Shown: positions 15,097-26,568 of the stretch, in pieces | Numbering within the stretch: the first letter of the stretch is position 1 | How the letters are laid out: each line of letters starts with the position of its first letter | Source of the DNA: Eledone cirrhosa | Taxonomy: Eukaryota | Length of the DNA: 64,000 nucleotides | Assembly (NCBI GenBank): GCA_964016885.1 | Contig: OZ024740.1 | Coordinates: 209,312,001 to 209,376,000, forward strand | Direction of reading: 5' to 3' | Position numbers and translations under genes: made by a program | The notes under the pieces: model-generated | What the model was told of the DNA's origin: nothing | The model's database searches: none | What the model saw: only the letters and a program-made list of their open reading frames with translations

Positions 15097-18000
15097 ATGA
15101 CCTCACTCAGAATAGGCAGCATAAATGCGCGTGGCTTGGGGTCGTCATGGAAGCAGGGCCACCTGCTCAACAACCTCAGGTCACTAAACATAGATGTAGT
15201 GGCCATCAGCGAGACCAGAATCTCCGAAGCACGGGCCTTCGCACCGATCTTCGGCGGCTACGATGTGTACGCATCTCCCAGCCGTCCGGGATCGGGGCGA
15301 GGAGTTGCTGTGCTTTTTCGGAGAGGTTTGGATCTTGCCATACGGGCCATCTTCCTGGACCCATAAGGTAAGTTGGTGGTGCTGGACGTGACCAGCGGAG
15401 AAGGGCAAGATTTCAGGTTAGTGGCCGTCTGTGCCCCGACAAGAGCAGGGCGGCCTGATTTCTTCCGGCGTCTGGAGACCTTTCTTGGAACGTCCCGCTC
15501 TTTAGTGTTAGTGGGCGACTGGAACGGGATCTTAGATGCACGCTGGGATTGTGTGGGATTAGTGGATAGGGAAGGAGGGTGCAAGAGTCTCACCAACCTG
15601 CTCAGGCGTTTTGAACTGTCTGACAGGTACCGAATGGATTTCCCGAATGTACCAATGTGGACTTGGACAAATCGCATAAGGTCATCCATATCATATCTAG
15701 ATGGAGTATTTTGTAGGGAATAGATAGGTCTAGCATAGGCTGTCCACAATTCAAGATAGTCAGCTACACGGACCACAAATTCGTGATCTGTGTGCTTGAC
15801 TTAGATAGACTTCATAGACGAGGACCCGGCTACTGGAAGCTAAACGCGTCCTTACCAGCGCGCAAGGCCTACAGAGACCGGATTAGCGAACTAGTTAAGC
15901 GGGCGTTGACGGGGGCCATCGACAACAACAAGTGGTGGTTTGCTCTGAAAAGAGCAATTAGAATAGAGTCCATTAGGTTTAGTAAGGCTTTAACAATAGA
16001 GAAAAATAGAGCAGAGGGAGAATTAGTTAGAAAATTAGACGAGGCGCTTATCAAAGGCATCGCGACTGACGTACTTGCGGCGAAATTGGCCCTTGACCAA
16101 TTCTTCAATGCAAAGCACGAAGGCTGCGTTGTCAGAGCAAGGGTGCGTGCTCTCAGACACGAGGGGACGAAAGCCGTTCAATGGGCCCGAGTGGCGGAGG
16201 CGCGTCGTGGAAACAAAGCCACTATCCGGTCTTTGGTGGACCACAACGGGCGCATGCTACTCGATCCCGGGCAAATGTGTGAAGCTTTTCAGCGACACTT
16301 CGCTCAGCTGTTCGGGGGCAGCGGTGGGCCGGGTAGAGGGATGGACTTTAGTGTCTACCTCGACGGACTGCCGCGGCTCTCGGCCACTGAGGCGAAGTGT
16401 TGCGAAAAGCCGATAACAGCCGCTGAAGTAAGGGAGGCAATGACTGGCTGCACAAGGGGTAAATCGCCTGGTTTGGATGGTCTGCCCTATGAACTTTACG
16501 TACAGATGTCAGACTTGTTCGGAGGCCTCTTGGCGGACGTCTACTGCAACTGGCAACAGAACGGGAGAATTCCCAGTTCTGTAAGCCGAGGAGCGGTGGC
16601 ACTGCTGAGAAAGGATCCGAACAAGGGGGATAACATAGATAATTTCCGGCCCATAACTCTGCTAAACACAGAGTTCAAGATTTTGGCCAAGGTGCTAGCA
16701 AAGAGGTTGGCGCTTGTCGTTGGTGGTCTGGTGGGAGAGGCGCAGACATGCGCCATTCCCGACAGATCCATCCACGACAACCTCCACCTCATGCGATACA
16801 TCATAGAGAGGGTAGCTAAGGAACCTGGCACGGGTGGGTCCTTGATCAATTTAGATCAGTCGAAAGCTTTCGATAGGGTCGACCATCGTTACCTAGCGGC
16901 CGTCCTGAGGGCGGCTGGCTTTGGGCCCGTCTTCAGAGGCTGGATCGCTGCCATGCACAGCGACATCTGCTCTGTGGTGAGAGTGAACGGTCACCTGTCG
17001 GAACCGTTCAACATCATGCGCTCGGTCCGCCAAGGATGTCCCCTCTCGTCCCTCTTGTACGTATTGACTCTCGAGCCATTACTGCACAAACTGGAGACGT
17101 TGAGGGGAGTCCCGCGCGAACTAGGATGCGGAAGATCAGTGTCAGCATATGCGGACGATGTCACCGTAGTGGTGTCGAGCGCCAAACACATCGAGGCGAT
17201 CGGCACTACACTAAGAGAATACGAAGCGGTGACAGGAGCAATGATCAACCAGGAAAAGTCAGTGGGCCTGCAGCTCGGCACCTGGAGAGGCAGGTCCATG
17301 CCGTCCAATAGCGTCGTCGGGCGCTGGACGGACGGACCGGTTAAATTGCTAGGGGTCTGGTTCGGTCCGGACCTCCAGACGGACAAAAACTGGGACGAGG
17401 TGACGAACAGGGTGGCTTCTCTCACCCAGAAATGGGCGGAGAGGAAGCTATCCCTGAAAGGTCGAGCGGAGGTGGCTAACGCGTACATCGCGTCTGTCAT
17501 CTGCTACCGCCTAACCGTCGTACCTTGTCCTAAGCCTCGCCTGACTGCGCTGGAGCGTTTGCTCTTTCGCTTTTTGTGGAAGGGACGTGCTCTGATGGTC
17601 AGGCGGTCCATCTGTTGTCAACACCCGCTACGTGGAGGGCTGGGCATGCCGTGGCTGATGATGCGCAGGCACGCGCTCAGGCTACGACATCTCCACCTCT
17701 TCCTCGACGGTGATCAGGTGTGGTCGCCGTTTGCTAGGCGCGTATTTCCCCAGCTCGTTTCCTTGACGGAGCTGCAGTCCTGGGTCAAGCGAAGACCGAG
17801 AGGGAGCGCCTGGAGACTGGAATGTCTTCAGGCGCTCACGGCCCTCGACCAATCGGGCAATGTGATCGGTGGAAACTCCACCTCGGCGTTCTATAGAGGA
17901 TTAGTGGAGGGGAAGAGCGACGACGTACTTGGGGAAACTCTAGGCGTCGACGAAAATCAACTAGCCAATCTCTTCGGAAGAACTTTCGGGCCGGGGCCTA

Positions 18001-18515
18001 TGGACAATTTCCAGAAATCTCTGGCCTGGCAGTGCTACCGAGGAGCCTTGCCAGTTCGGGATAAACTCTACAGGCATGGAGGTGCCGTCAGCCGGGCATG
18101 TCCGAGATGCGCGCAGGGCGACGAAACCGTCCTGCACGCACTCGTCCAGTGTCCGAAAATTGCTGACTTGTGGGTTTATGTCGAACACCTGCTGTCGCGT
18201 TTAGGACGGATCCGGCTATCATCTGAGTCCATCGTGAGGATTGCCCCGCCCTCCTCCTTTAGCCGGGAAGGGCAGGCAGTTTTTATCTGTCTGGTGGCCA
18301 TGGCGAAAGAGATAGTATGCTGGACACGTTTGAAAGGGCTGAAGACGAGCACTTACCTCTTCGGTGATGCTCTGATTGACTTTTTCAAATTTCATTTGAA
18401 AAGGAAAATCAGAGTAGAGAGGGAAGTGCTCTCTTCCCAGCATTTTGTTGAAAGATGGGTGAGAGAAGCAAGAATGGCCCGAGTGAATGGGCCTACTCTG
18501 AGTATATATCTGTAA
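15097..18515 (+). pseudogene. ORF2 of copy 1 (APE + RT + C-terminal zinc finger); stop at 15364 and 1-nt deletion near 15703, intact from 15783
   Basis: SINARGL, ISET, VGDWN, TDH, YWKLN, SPGLDGL, FRPITLLN, DQSKAFDRV, QGCPLS, YADD, CPRC-x8-H-x4-C. Confidence 0.9.
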
Positions 18516-19002
18516 ATTAAAGGTGGAAAACTGGGAGAGGGCACTTGCCTTGGTGGTCAGGGTCATTGTGGCTTTTTACTGGGCTTTCTCCACAAATGTC
18601 CCTCCGAAGTCTGCCCCCTATTGGGGAATTTTTCATTGTTATTTTTTGTTACATCCTCTGTTTTTGTTTTTTACACGCAGAAATGCCCATTTGTACCGTC
18701 CTGCATTGTCCTGCACTGTCCTTAATGTCTACTTTATGTAAACCCTTGTGGTTAATAAAGAAAACATTATTATTATTATTATTATTGAATGCCATGGTTG
18801 ACGGAGGCTCGGCTCTGTAAGGTATAGTAATTTTTAACCGTTAAAACAATTGTAAATTGTTTAAAACTTGAACCAAATTGTTGATAAAGACACCCTCCTC
18901 CTCGTGAGAGGGGTCTTTCTGTCCGTTATTTGGCCCTTCGGGGTTAAATAACCAGTTATTGGGGTTTTGTACCCAAAATTTCATTTTAAACAAAAAAACA
19001 AC

Positions 19003-21099
19003 ATGGCTACGAAAAAGAAATTTCATACGTCACTCCCACTCATTCCGTCTTCTTCTTCCTCAATCATCACTACAGCAGAGAGAAGATTGTCTCTCTCCCT
19101 CCCTTCTTTAAATGTGTCTCTCTCCCTCCCTTCTCTTTCGCAAGTGACGAAAGAAAAGAAAAGTCTCGTGCAAAGCGTGCAAGGTTTCTCCACGACGACG
19201 ACGACAGCGACGAAACAGGTGTGCGGGAAATACGAAAACCCAGTTCATTCGTCTGACGTCAGGAATAATAGCAGTAGCAGCCGTAATAACAACAGCAACA
19301 GTGACAATGAAAACAACAGTAGCAGCCGCAACAGCATCACCAGCAGCATAAACAACAACAGCATTAGCAGCAGCAACACCAACAACAACCACAGCAACAG
19401 CGGCGGAGGCAGTAGTCGTAGTACCTGCAGCAACAACAAAAGTACCAGCAGCTCTGACGACAACAACAACAGCAGAGAAAAACCAATCTCATTTGCAGGT
19501 ATTGCGAAAAACTTGGAAACAATCCTCATAACAAATGAGGAATTAGAGGAAGCGAAGAAGATGGTGACAAAGAACGGACACCGAGCAATCTGCAAGGCAG
19601 CGGAAAAATTTTTCGAAACCCAAGAGCACTGTACGGTCACGTACCGTACAGTAAGTACAAAATCCCGTAGGGTGGAAAGAGCCACAGAGGCCCAAATACA
19701 AAAAGCCTTGGGGTCTGTGTGGCAGCGGAAAACGCACATCACCCGAGGCAAAAAATATGCCACCGTAGACGTACTTTTTGCCACACCCCAGGAGGCAAAG
19801 GCCCAATCAGTAGTGACCCTAAGGAGCGAGGAAATAGTGTTGGTGCCCTCCTACTGCGGGCAAAAAATTGTGAGGGTCAAACTGACCCACGTCCCCCCCG
19901 GAATGACCCCTTCTTGGCTGGCCGCGTCTGTCCTCGTCGGAATCGAGGACAAAACAACTGTACTGCAAGTACAGAAAAAAGTAAGAGAAGATTGGGTCGG
20001 CTCCTCCATTGAGATGCTAATCCAAACCAACCAGGAGTGCATCGAAGCTATCCCGGATGTGATAGACTTCGATAACGGCACTCAACTGCCCATAAGTGTT
20101 GAGGGCAAACGCCCGAAATGCTTTCGCTGTGGATCGAAGACTCACCTCAGGGCCTTCTGCAACGAGAAGACCCTGAGAAAGGAGAAAACCCCCCTCCTTC
20201 CGAATGCGGCTCCACGGCTACCAGCAACAGGACAAGCAGCAACCAGGAACGATAGGCCCGTGGCACCCATACCCACTCCACGGAAATCAAAAACAGCAGC
20301 AGCAGTGGAAACACTAACAACAACAAGTGCAATACCAAATGCAGCTGCAACAGAGACTCCAGTGCAAACATCACCAACAACAACAAGTGAAAGAGTGGAG
20401 CTGGTACCCCTCCCCGACCTCACAGAATCAGACATGGAGTGTGAGGTGGGAGAGGGATGGCAAAAGGTCGCAAGAAGGCACAAACGCAGAAGCAGCGCAT
20501 CGTCGCCTTTGAAAAGGGAGGAAAGAAATGAGAAAAGGGTAAAGTCTACTGCAAAGAGACCCACAGCAGCAACACCACCAACACCATCACCACCCACACT
20601 AGCACCACCATCACCACCGGCGACAACCCCACCGCCAACAACACCTTCAACACCACCACCACAAGCACCAACATCGCAAACACAACAACAAAACACACAC
20701 ACCCAGCAACAACGACAAGAAAATAGCAGAACCACACCCCACCCCCAGAAAAACAAATGCACGGCAATAAACACACACAACAAGAAACTAATGACTTACA
20801 TAATTGAACACACAGACATTTCACAACAGGACTACATAATACCAGCACCAATCAAAACGCCAACTAACATAAGATTGCTAAAAATAGCACAGAAACAATA
20901 CACAAACATTAAAACGAAATTCCCCAACGCAGTTGGTGATTTCAGGGACCTAGGAGGAACCATCAATCGAAGAGTATACTCAGACATTCTCTTAGAAGAG
21001 CCGACGACCAGCCGAAGGGACGATTCAACGGTCCCTTCACCAGACGATCAAGTGAAAAGGGATGTAAAAACCATCCCTCCTCTACCAAAAGTACGGTAA
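19003..21099 (+). CDS. ORF1 nucleic-acid-binding protein of copy 2 (about 698 aa from ATG 19003)
   Basis: Uninterrupted frame: S/N-rich N-terminus, RRM-like KTHITRGKKYATVDVLF, knuckle CFRCGSKTHLRAFC, P/T-rich linker, conserved C-terminal block. Confidence 0.85.
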   Translation: MATKKKFHTSLPLIPSSSSSIITTAERRLSLSLPSLNVSLSLPSLSQVTKEKKSLVQSVQGFSTTTTTATKQVCGKYENPVHSSDVRNNSSSSRNNNSNSDNENNSSSRNSITSSINNNSISSSNTNNNHSNSGGGSSRSTCSNNKSTSSSDDNNNSREKPISFAGIAKNLETILITNEELEEAKKMVTKNGHRAICKAAEKFFETQEHCTVTYRTVSTKSRRVERATEAQIQKALGSVWQRKTHITRGKKYATVDVLFATPQEAKAQSVVTLRSEEIVLVPSYCGQKIVRVKLTHVPPGMTPSWLAASVLVGIEDKTTVLQVQKKVREDWVGSSIEMLIQTNQECIEAIPDVIDFDNGTQLPISVEGKRPKCFRCGSKTHLRAFCNEKTLRKEKTPLLPNAAPRLPATGQAATRNDRPVAPIPTPRKSKTAAAVETLTTTSAIPNAAATETPVQTSPTTTSERVELVPLPDLTESDMECEVGEGWQKVARRHKRRSSASSPLKREERNEKRVKSTAKRPTAATPPTPSPPTLAPPSPPATTPPPTTPSTPPPQAPTSQTQQQNTHTQQQRQENSRTTPHPQKNKCTAINTHNKKLMTYIIEHTDISQQDYIIPAPIKTPTNIRLLKIAQKQYTNIKTKFPNAVGDFRDLGGTINRRVYSDILLEEPTTSRRDDSTVPSPDDQVKRDVKTIPPLPKVR

Positions 21100-21134
21100 G
21101 TGGTCTTTCCCATCTTTTCCACTCTATTTTAAAC

Positions 21135-24100
21135 ATGACCTCACTCAGAATAGGCAGCATAAATGCGCGTGGCTTGGGGTCGTCATGGAAGCAGGGTCAC
21201 CTGCTCAACGACCTCAGGTCACTAAACATAGATGTAGTGGCCATCAGCGAGACCAGAATCTCCGAAGCACGGGCCTTCGCACCGATCTTCGGCGGCTACG
21301 ATGTGTACGCATCTCCCAGCCGTCCGGGATCGGGTGGAGGAGTTGCTGTGCTTTTTCGGAGAGGTTTGGATCTCGCCATACGGGCCATCTTCCTGGACCC
21401 AGAGGGTAAGCTGGTGGTGCTGGACGTGACCAGCGGAGACGGGCAAGCTTTCAGGCTAGTGGCCGTCTATGCCCCGACAGGAGCAGGGCGGCCTGATTTC
21501 TTCCGGCGTCTGGAGACCTTTCTTGGAACGTCCCGCTCTTTAGTGTTAGTGGGCGACTGGAACGGGATCTTAGATGCACGCTGGGACTGTGTGGGATTAG
21601 CGGATAGGGGTGGAGGGTGCAAGAGCCTCACCAACCTGCTCAGGCGTTTTGAACTGTCTGACAGGTACCGAATGGATTTCCCGAATGTGCCAATGTGGAC
21701 TTGGACAAACCGCATAGGGTCATCCAGATCATATCTAGATAGAGTATTTTGTAGGGAAATAGATAGGTCTAGCATAGGCTGTCCACAATTCAAGATAGTC
21801 AGCTACACGGACCACAAATTCGTGACCTGTGTGCTTGACTTAGATAGGCTTCATAGACGAGGACCCGGCTACTGGAAGCTAAACGCGTCCTTACCAGCGC
21901 GCAAGGCCTACAGAGACCGGATTAGCGAACTAGTTAAGCGGGCGTTGACGGGGGCCATCGTCAACAACAAGTGGTGGTTTGCTCTGAAAAGAGCGATTAG
22001 AATAGAATCGATTAGGTTTAGTAAGGCTTTAGCAATAGAGAAAAATAGAGCAGAGGGAGAACTAGTTAGAAAATTAGACGAGGCGCTTAGCAAAGGCATT
22101 GCGACCGACGTGCTTGCGGCGAAATTGGCCCTTGACCAATTCTTCAATGCAAAGCACGAAGGCTGCGTTGTCAGAGCTAGGGTGCGTGCTCTCAGACACG
22201 AGGGGACGAAAGCCGTTCAATGGGCCCGAGTGGCGGAGGCGCGTCGTGGCAACAAAGCCACGATCCGGTCTTTGGTGGACCACGACGGGCGCATGCTACT
22301 CGATCCCGGGCAAATGTGTGAAGCTTTTCAGCGACACTTCGCTCAGCTGTTCGGGGGCAGCGGTGGGCCGGGTAGAGGGATGGACTTTAGTGTCTACCTC
22401 GACGGACTGCCGCGGCTCTCGGCCACTGAGGCGAAGTGTTGCGAAAAGCCGATAACAGCCGCTGAAGTACGGGAGGCAATGACTGGCTGCACGAGGGGTA
22501 AATCGCCTGGTTTGGATGGTCTGCCCTATGAACTTTACGTACAGATGCCAGACTTGTTCGGAGGCCTCTTGGCGGACGTCTACTGCAACTGGCAACAGAA
22601 CGGGAGAATTCCCAGTTCTGTGAGCCGAGGAGCGGTGGCACTGCTGAGAAAGGATCCGAACAAGGGGGATAACATAGACAATTTCCGGCCCATAACTCTG
22701 CTAAACACAGAGTTTAAGATTTTGGCCAAGGTGCTAGCAAAGAGGTTGGCGCTTGTCGTTGGTGGTCTGGTGGGAGAGGCGCAGACATGCGCCATTCCCG
22801 ACAGATCCATCCACGACAACCTCCACCTCATGCGATACATCGTAGAGAGGGTAGCTAGGGAACCTGGCACGGGTGGGTCCTTGATCAATTTAGATCAGTC
22901 GAAAGCTTTCGATAGAGTCGACCATCGTTACCTAGCGGCAGTCCTGAGGGCGGCTGGCTTTGGGCCCGTCTTCAGAGGCTGGATCGCTGCCATGCACAGC
23001 GACATCTGCTCTGTGGTGAGAGTGAACGGTCACCTGTCGGAACCGTTCAACATCATGCGCTCGGTCCGCCAAGGATGTCCCCTCTCGTCCCTCTTGTACG
23101 TATTGACTCTCGAGCCATTACTGCACAAACTGGAGACGTTGAGGGGAGTCCCGCGCGAACTAGGATGCGGAAGATCCGTGTCAGCATATGCGGACGATGT
23201 CACCGTAGTGGTGTCGAACGCCAAACACATCGAGGCGATCGGCACTACACTAAGAGAATACGAAGCGGTGACAGGAGCAATGATCAACCAGGAAAAGTCA
23301 GTGGGCCTGCAGCTCGGCACCTGGAGAGCAGGTCCATGCCGTCCAACAGCGTCGTCGGGCGCTGGACGGACGGACCGGTTAAATTGCTAGGGGTCTGGTT
23401 CGGTCCGGACCTCCAGACGGACAAAAACTGGGACGAGGTGACGAGCAGGGTGGCTTCTCTCACCCAGAAATGGGCGGAGAGGAAGCTATCCCTGAAAGGT
23501 CGAGCGGAGGTGGCTAACGCGTACATCGCGTCTGTCATCTGCTACCGCCTAACCGTCGTACCTTGTCCTAAGCCTCGCCTGACTGCGCTGGAGCGTTTGC
23601 TCTTTCGCTTTTTGTGGAAGGGACGTGCTCCGATGGTCAGGCGGTCCATCTGTTGTCAACACCCGCTACGTGGAGGGCTGGGCATGCCGTGGCTGATGAT
23701 GCGCAGGCACGCGCTCAGGCTACGACATCTCCACCTCTTCCTCGACGGTGATCAGGTGTGGTCGCCGTTTGCTAGACGCGTTTTTCCCCAGCTCGTTTCC
23801 TTGACGGAGCTGCAGTCCTGGGTCAAGCGAAGACCGAGAGGGAGCGCCTGGAGACTGGAATGTCTTCAGGCGCTCACAGCCCTCGACCAATCGGGCAATG
23901 TGATCGGTGGAAACTCCACCTCGGCGTTCTATAGAGGATTAGTGGAGGGGAAGAGCGACGACGTACTTGGGGAAACTCTAGGCGTCGACGAAAATCAACT
24001 AGCCAATCTCTTCGGAAGAACTTTCGGGCCAGGGCCTATGGACAACTTCCAGAAATCTCTGGCCTGGCAGTGCTACCGAGGAGCCTTGCCAGTTCGGGAT

Positions 24101-24553
24101 AAACTCTACAGGCATGGAGGTGCCGTCAGCCGGGCATGTCCGAGATGCGCGCAGGGCGACGAAACCGTCCTGCACGCACTCGTCCAGTGTCCGAAAATTG
24201 CTGACTTGTGGATTTATGTCGAACACCTGCTGTCGCGTTTAGGACGGATCCAGCTATCATCTGAGTCTATCGTGAGGATTGCCCCGCCCTCCTCCTTTAG
24301 CCGGGAAGGGCAGGCAGTTTTTATCTGTCTGGTGGCCATGGCGAAAGAGATAGTATGGTGGACACGTTTGAAAGGGCTGAAGACGAGCACTTACCTCTTC
24401 GGTGATGCTCTGATTGACTTTTTCAAATTTCATTTGAAAAGGAAAATCAGAGTAGAGAAGGAAGTGCTCTCTTCCCAGCATTTTGTTGAAAGATGGGTGA
24501 GAGAAGCAAGAATGGCCCGAGTGAATGGGCCGACTCTGAGTATATATCTGTAA
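21135..24553 (+). CDS. ORF2 of copy 2 (APE-RT-zinc finger), one frameshift at about 23328
   Basis: ORFs 21135-23390 and 23075-24553 join if one G is restored (ctggagagcagg versus ctggagaggcagg in copy 1); YADD intact. Confidence 0.88.
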
Positions 24554-24813
24554 ACTAAAGGTGGAAAACTGGGAGAGGGCACTTGCCTTGGTGGTCAGGG
24601 TCATTGTGGCTTTTTACTGGGCTTTCTCCACAAATGTCCCTCCGAAGTCTCCCCCCTATTGGGGAATTTTTCATTGTTATTTTCATTGTTATTTTTGTTA
24701 CATCCTCTGTTTTTGTTTTTTTACACGCAGAAATGCCCATTTGTACCGTCCTGCATTGTCCTGCACTGTCCTTAATGTCTACTTTATGTAAACCCTTGTG
24801 GTTAATAAAGAAA

Positions 24814-24855
<42 letters not shown>

Positions 24856-24859
24856 TATT

Positions 24860-26512
24860 CGTGGAAGAATACACATCGCAAGAAAATTTCGTTCACGCAA
24901 TTTTGATTTTTGAACAGTTTTATTGCGAACTTATCGTAAAAATTATTTTTAATCATGTGTTTAAACACCCTCCACTTCTTTTGAAGTGGTCGAAATTAAT
25001 CGGCATTTAGCTCTTCGGGGCTAAATCCCAATTTGAACTTTGCATTTAGCAAATACGTCCCGCCAAAAAGAAAATTGGCGTCATTCAAAAATCCATTTCC
25101 ATGCCGTGTATTCACTAAAAAATTACCCTTTCAGCAAGATATCCTTCTCAACCTTTTTTCTTCGTCCAGCTGTCAGCGTGGAGTCTCGTTTTCATTTTCG
25201 TCATCTTCACCGTCCCATAGTCAAGCGAATGCCACTCCCCCCTTTCCTCCATCAAGTAGCAGTCGTGAAGCGGCTACTGCTGATACATTTGATACATTTG
25301 ACATCAAAGAAACTAGCAACAGTCAGCGTGGAGTCTCGCTTTCCTTTTCCTCTTCTTCACAAAATAGTAAAAGTCAGACGAATGCCACTCTTTCCTCTTC
25401 ACCAAACGGCAGTCTTGAAGCGGCTGCTGCTGATACATTTGACAACAAGGGAGATAGCAGCAGCAGCGGCAGTATTAATAATAACACCTGTGGTAGCACT
25501 AGCGGCGGCAGCAGCAGCAACACCAACAACACCGTTTGTAGCAGTGGCAACAACAACAGCACCACCAACAACAAGATCAGTAGCAGCAGTAGCGGTGGCA
25601 ACAATGGCGCAACGGAGAAATAACCATGATCACAGAGGAGGAAATGGCGGTCGCAAGACACATGGTAACCAGAACTGAATTTTCAGTGTCCTTGAAACCA
25701 CCAACCGACTTCCTTGAGGAACAAGAGCAACGCACAGTGTCGTACCGCACGATTGCCACGAAATCGCGTCGTGTGGAGAGAGCCTCGGAGGCCCAAATCC
25801 AGAAGGCCTTGGGAACTGTGTGGGCACGGAAAACCCACATCACCCGTGGCAAGAAATATGCTACTGTAGACGTCCTTTTTGCTACCACCCAGGAAGCAAA
25901 ATCGCACTTACTTAGGACCCTACAGAGTGATGACATAACGTTAGTCTCGTTTTACTGCGGGAAAAAAATTGCAACGGTCAAGGTAACCCAGGTCCCGCCC
26001 TACGTACCCGTGCCTTGGCTGGTCGTGTCTGTTCTAGTGGGCATCGAAGATAAAACAACCTTTCTGCAGGTACAGAAGTTGGGGAGAGAGGATTGGTCCA
26101 GTATTGGAATGGAGTTGCTCATCCAAATCGACCAGGACTGCATCAGCGCTATTCCCGATGTAATAGACCTCAAGAATGGCTCCCAAATTCCAATATCTGT
26201 TGAAGGAAGGCGCCCAAAATGCTTCAACTGTGGACCAAAGTCTCACCTCAGGGCTTTCTGCCCACAGAAAATAACAAAGACCAAGGTCATCCTCCTTCCA
26301 ACGCCGGAACCGCTGCCGTCAGAAACAGAGCAGTCAGCGAAAATGTCGGGAGCTTCCACAGAGAATAGGAAGACAACGTCCGTGGCACCCACACCAAAGC
26401 CACGGACAACAAAAACAGTGACGGCAACTGCAGCAACAGAAACAGTTTCACTAGCTGCACCTGTGCCCGGAACGGCAAACCAGGCTCCACCACCACCACC
26501 ACCACCACCACC

Positions 26513-26568
<56 letters not shown>

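Larger units (their letters stand above)
12797..18786 (+). mobile_element. L1/Tx1-clade non-LTR retrotransposon, copy 1 (full length, disrupted)
   Basis: 5'UTR, ORF1 with CCHC knuckle, ORF2 APE-RT-zinc finger, 3'UTR with AATAAA (18754) and (ATT)n tail. Confidence 0.9.
18787..24859 (+). mobile_element. L1/Tx1-clade non-LTR retrotransposon, copy 2 (full length, nearly intact)
   Basis: Starts directly after the (ATT)n tail of copy 1; intact ORF1; ORF2 with a single 1-nt deletion; AATAAA and (ATT)n tail. Confidence 0.92.
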
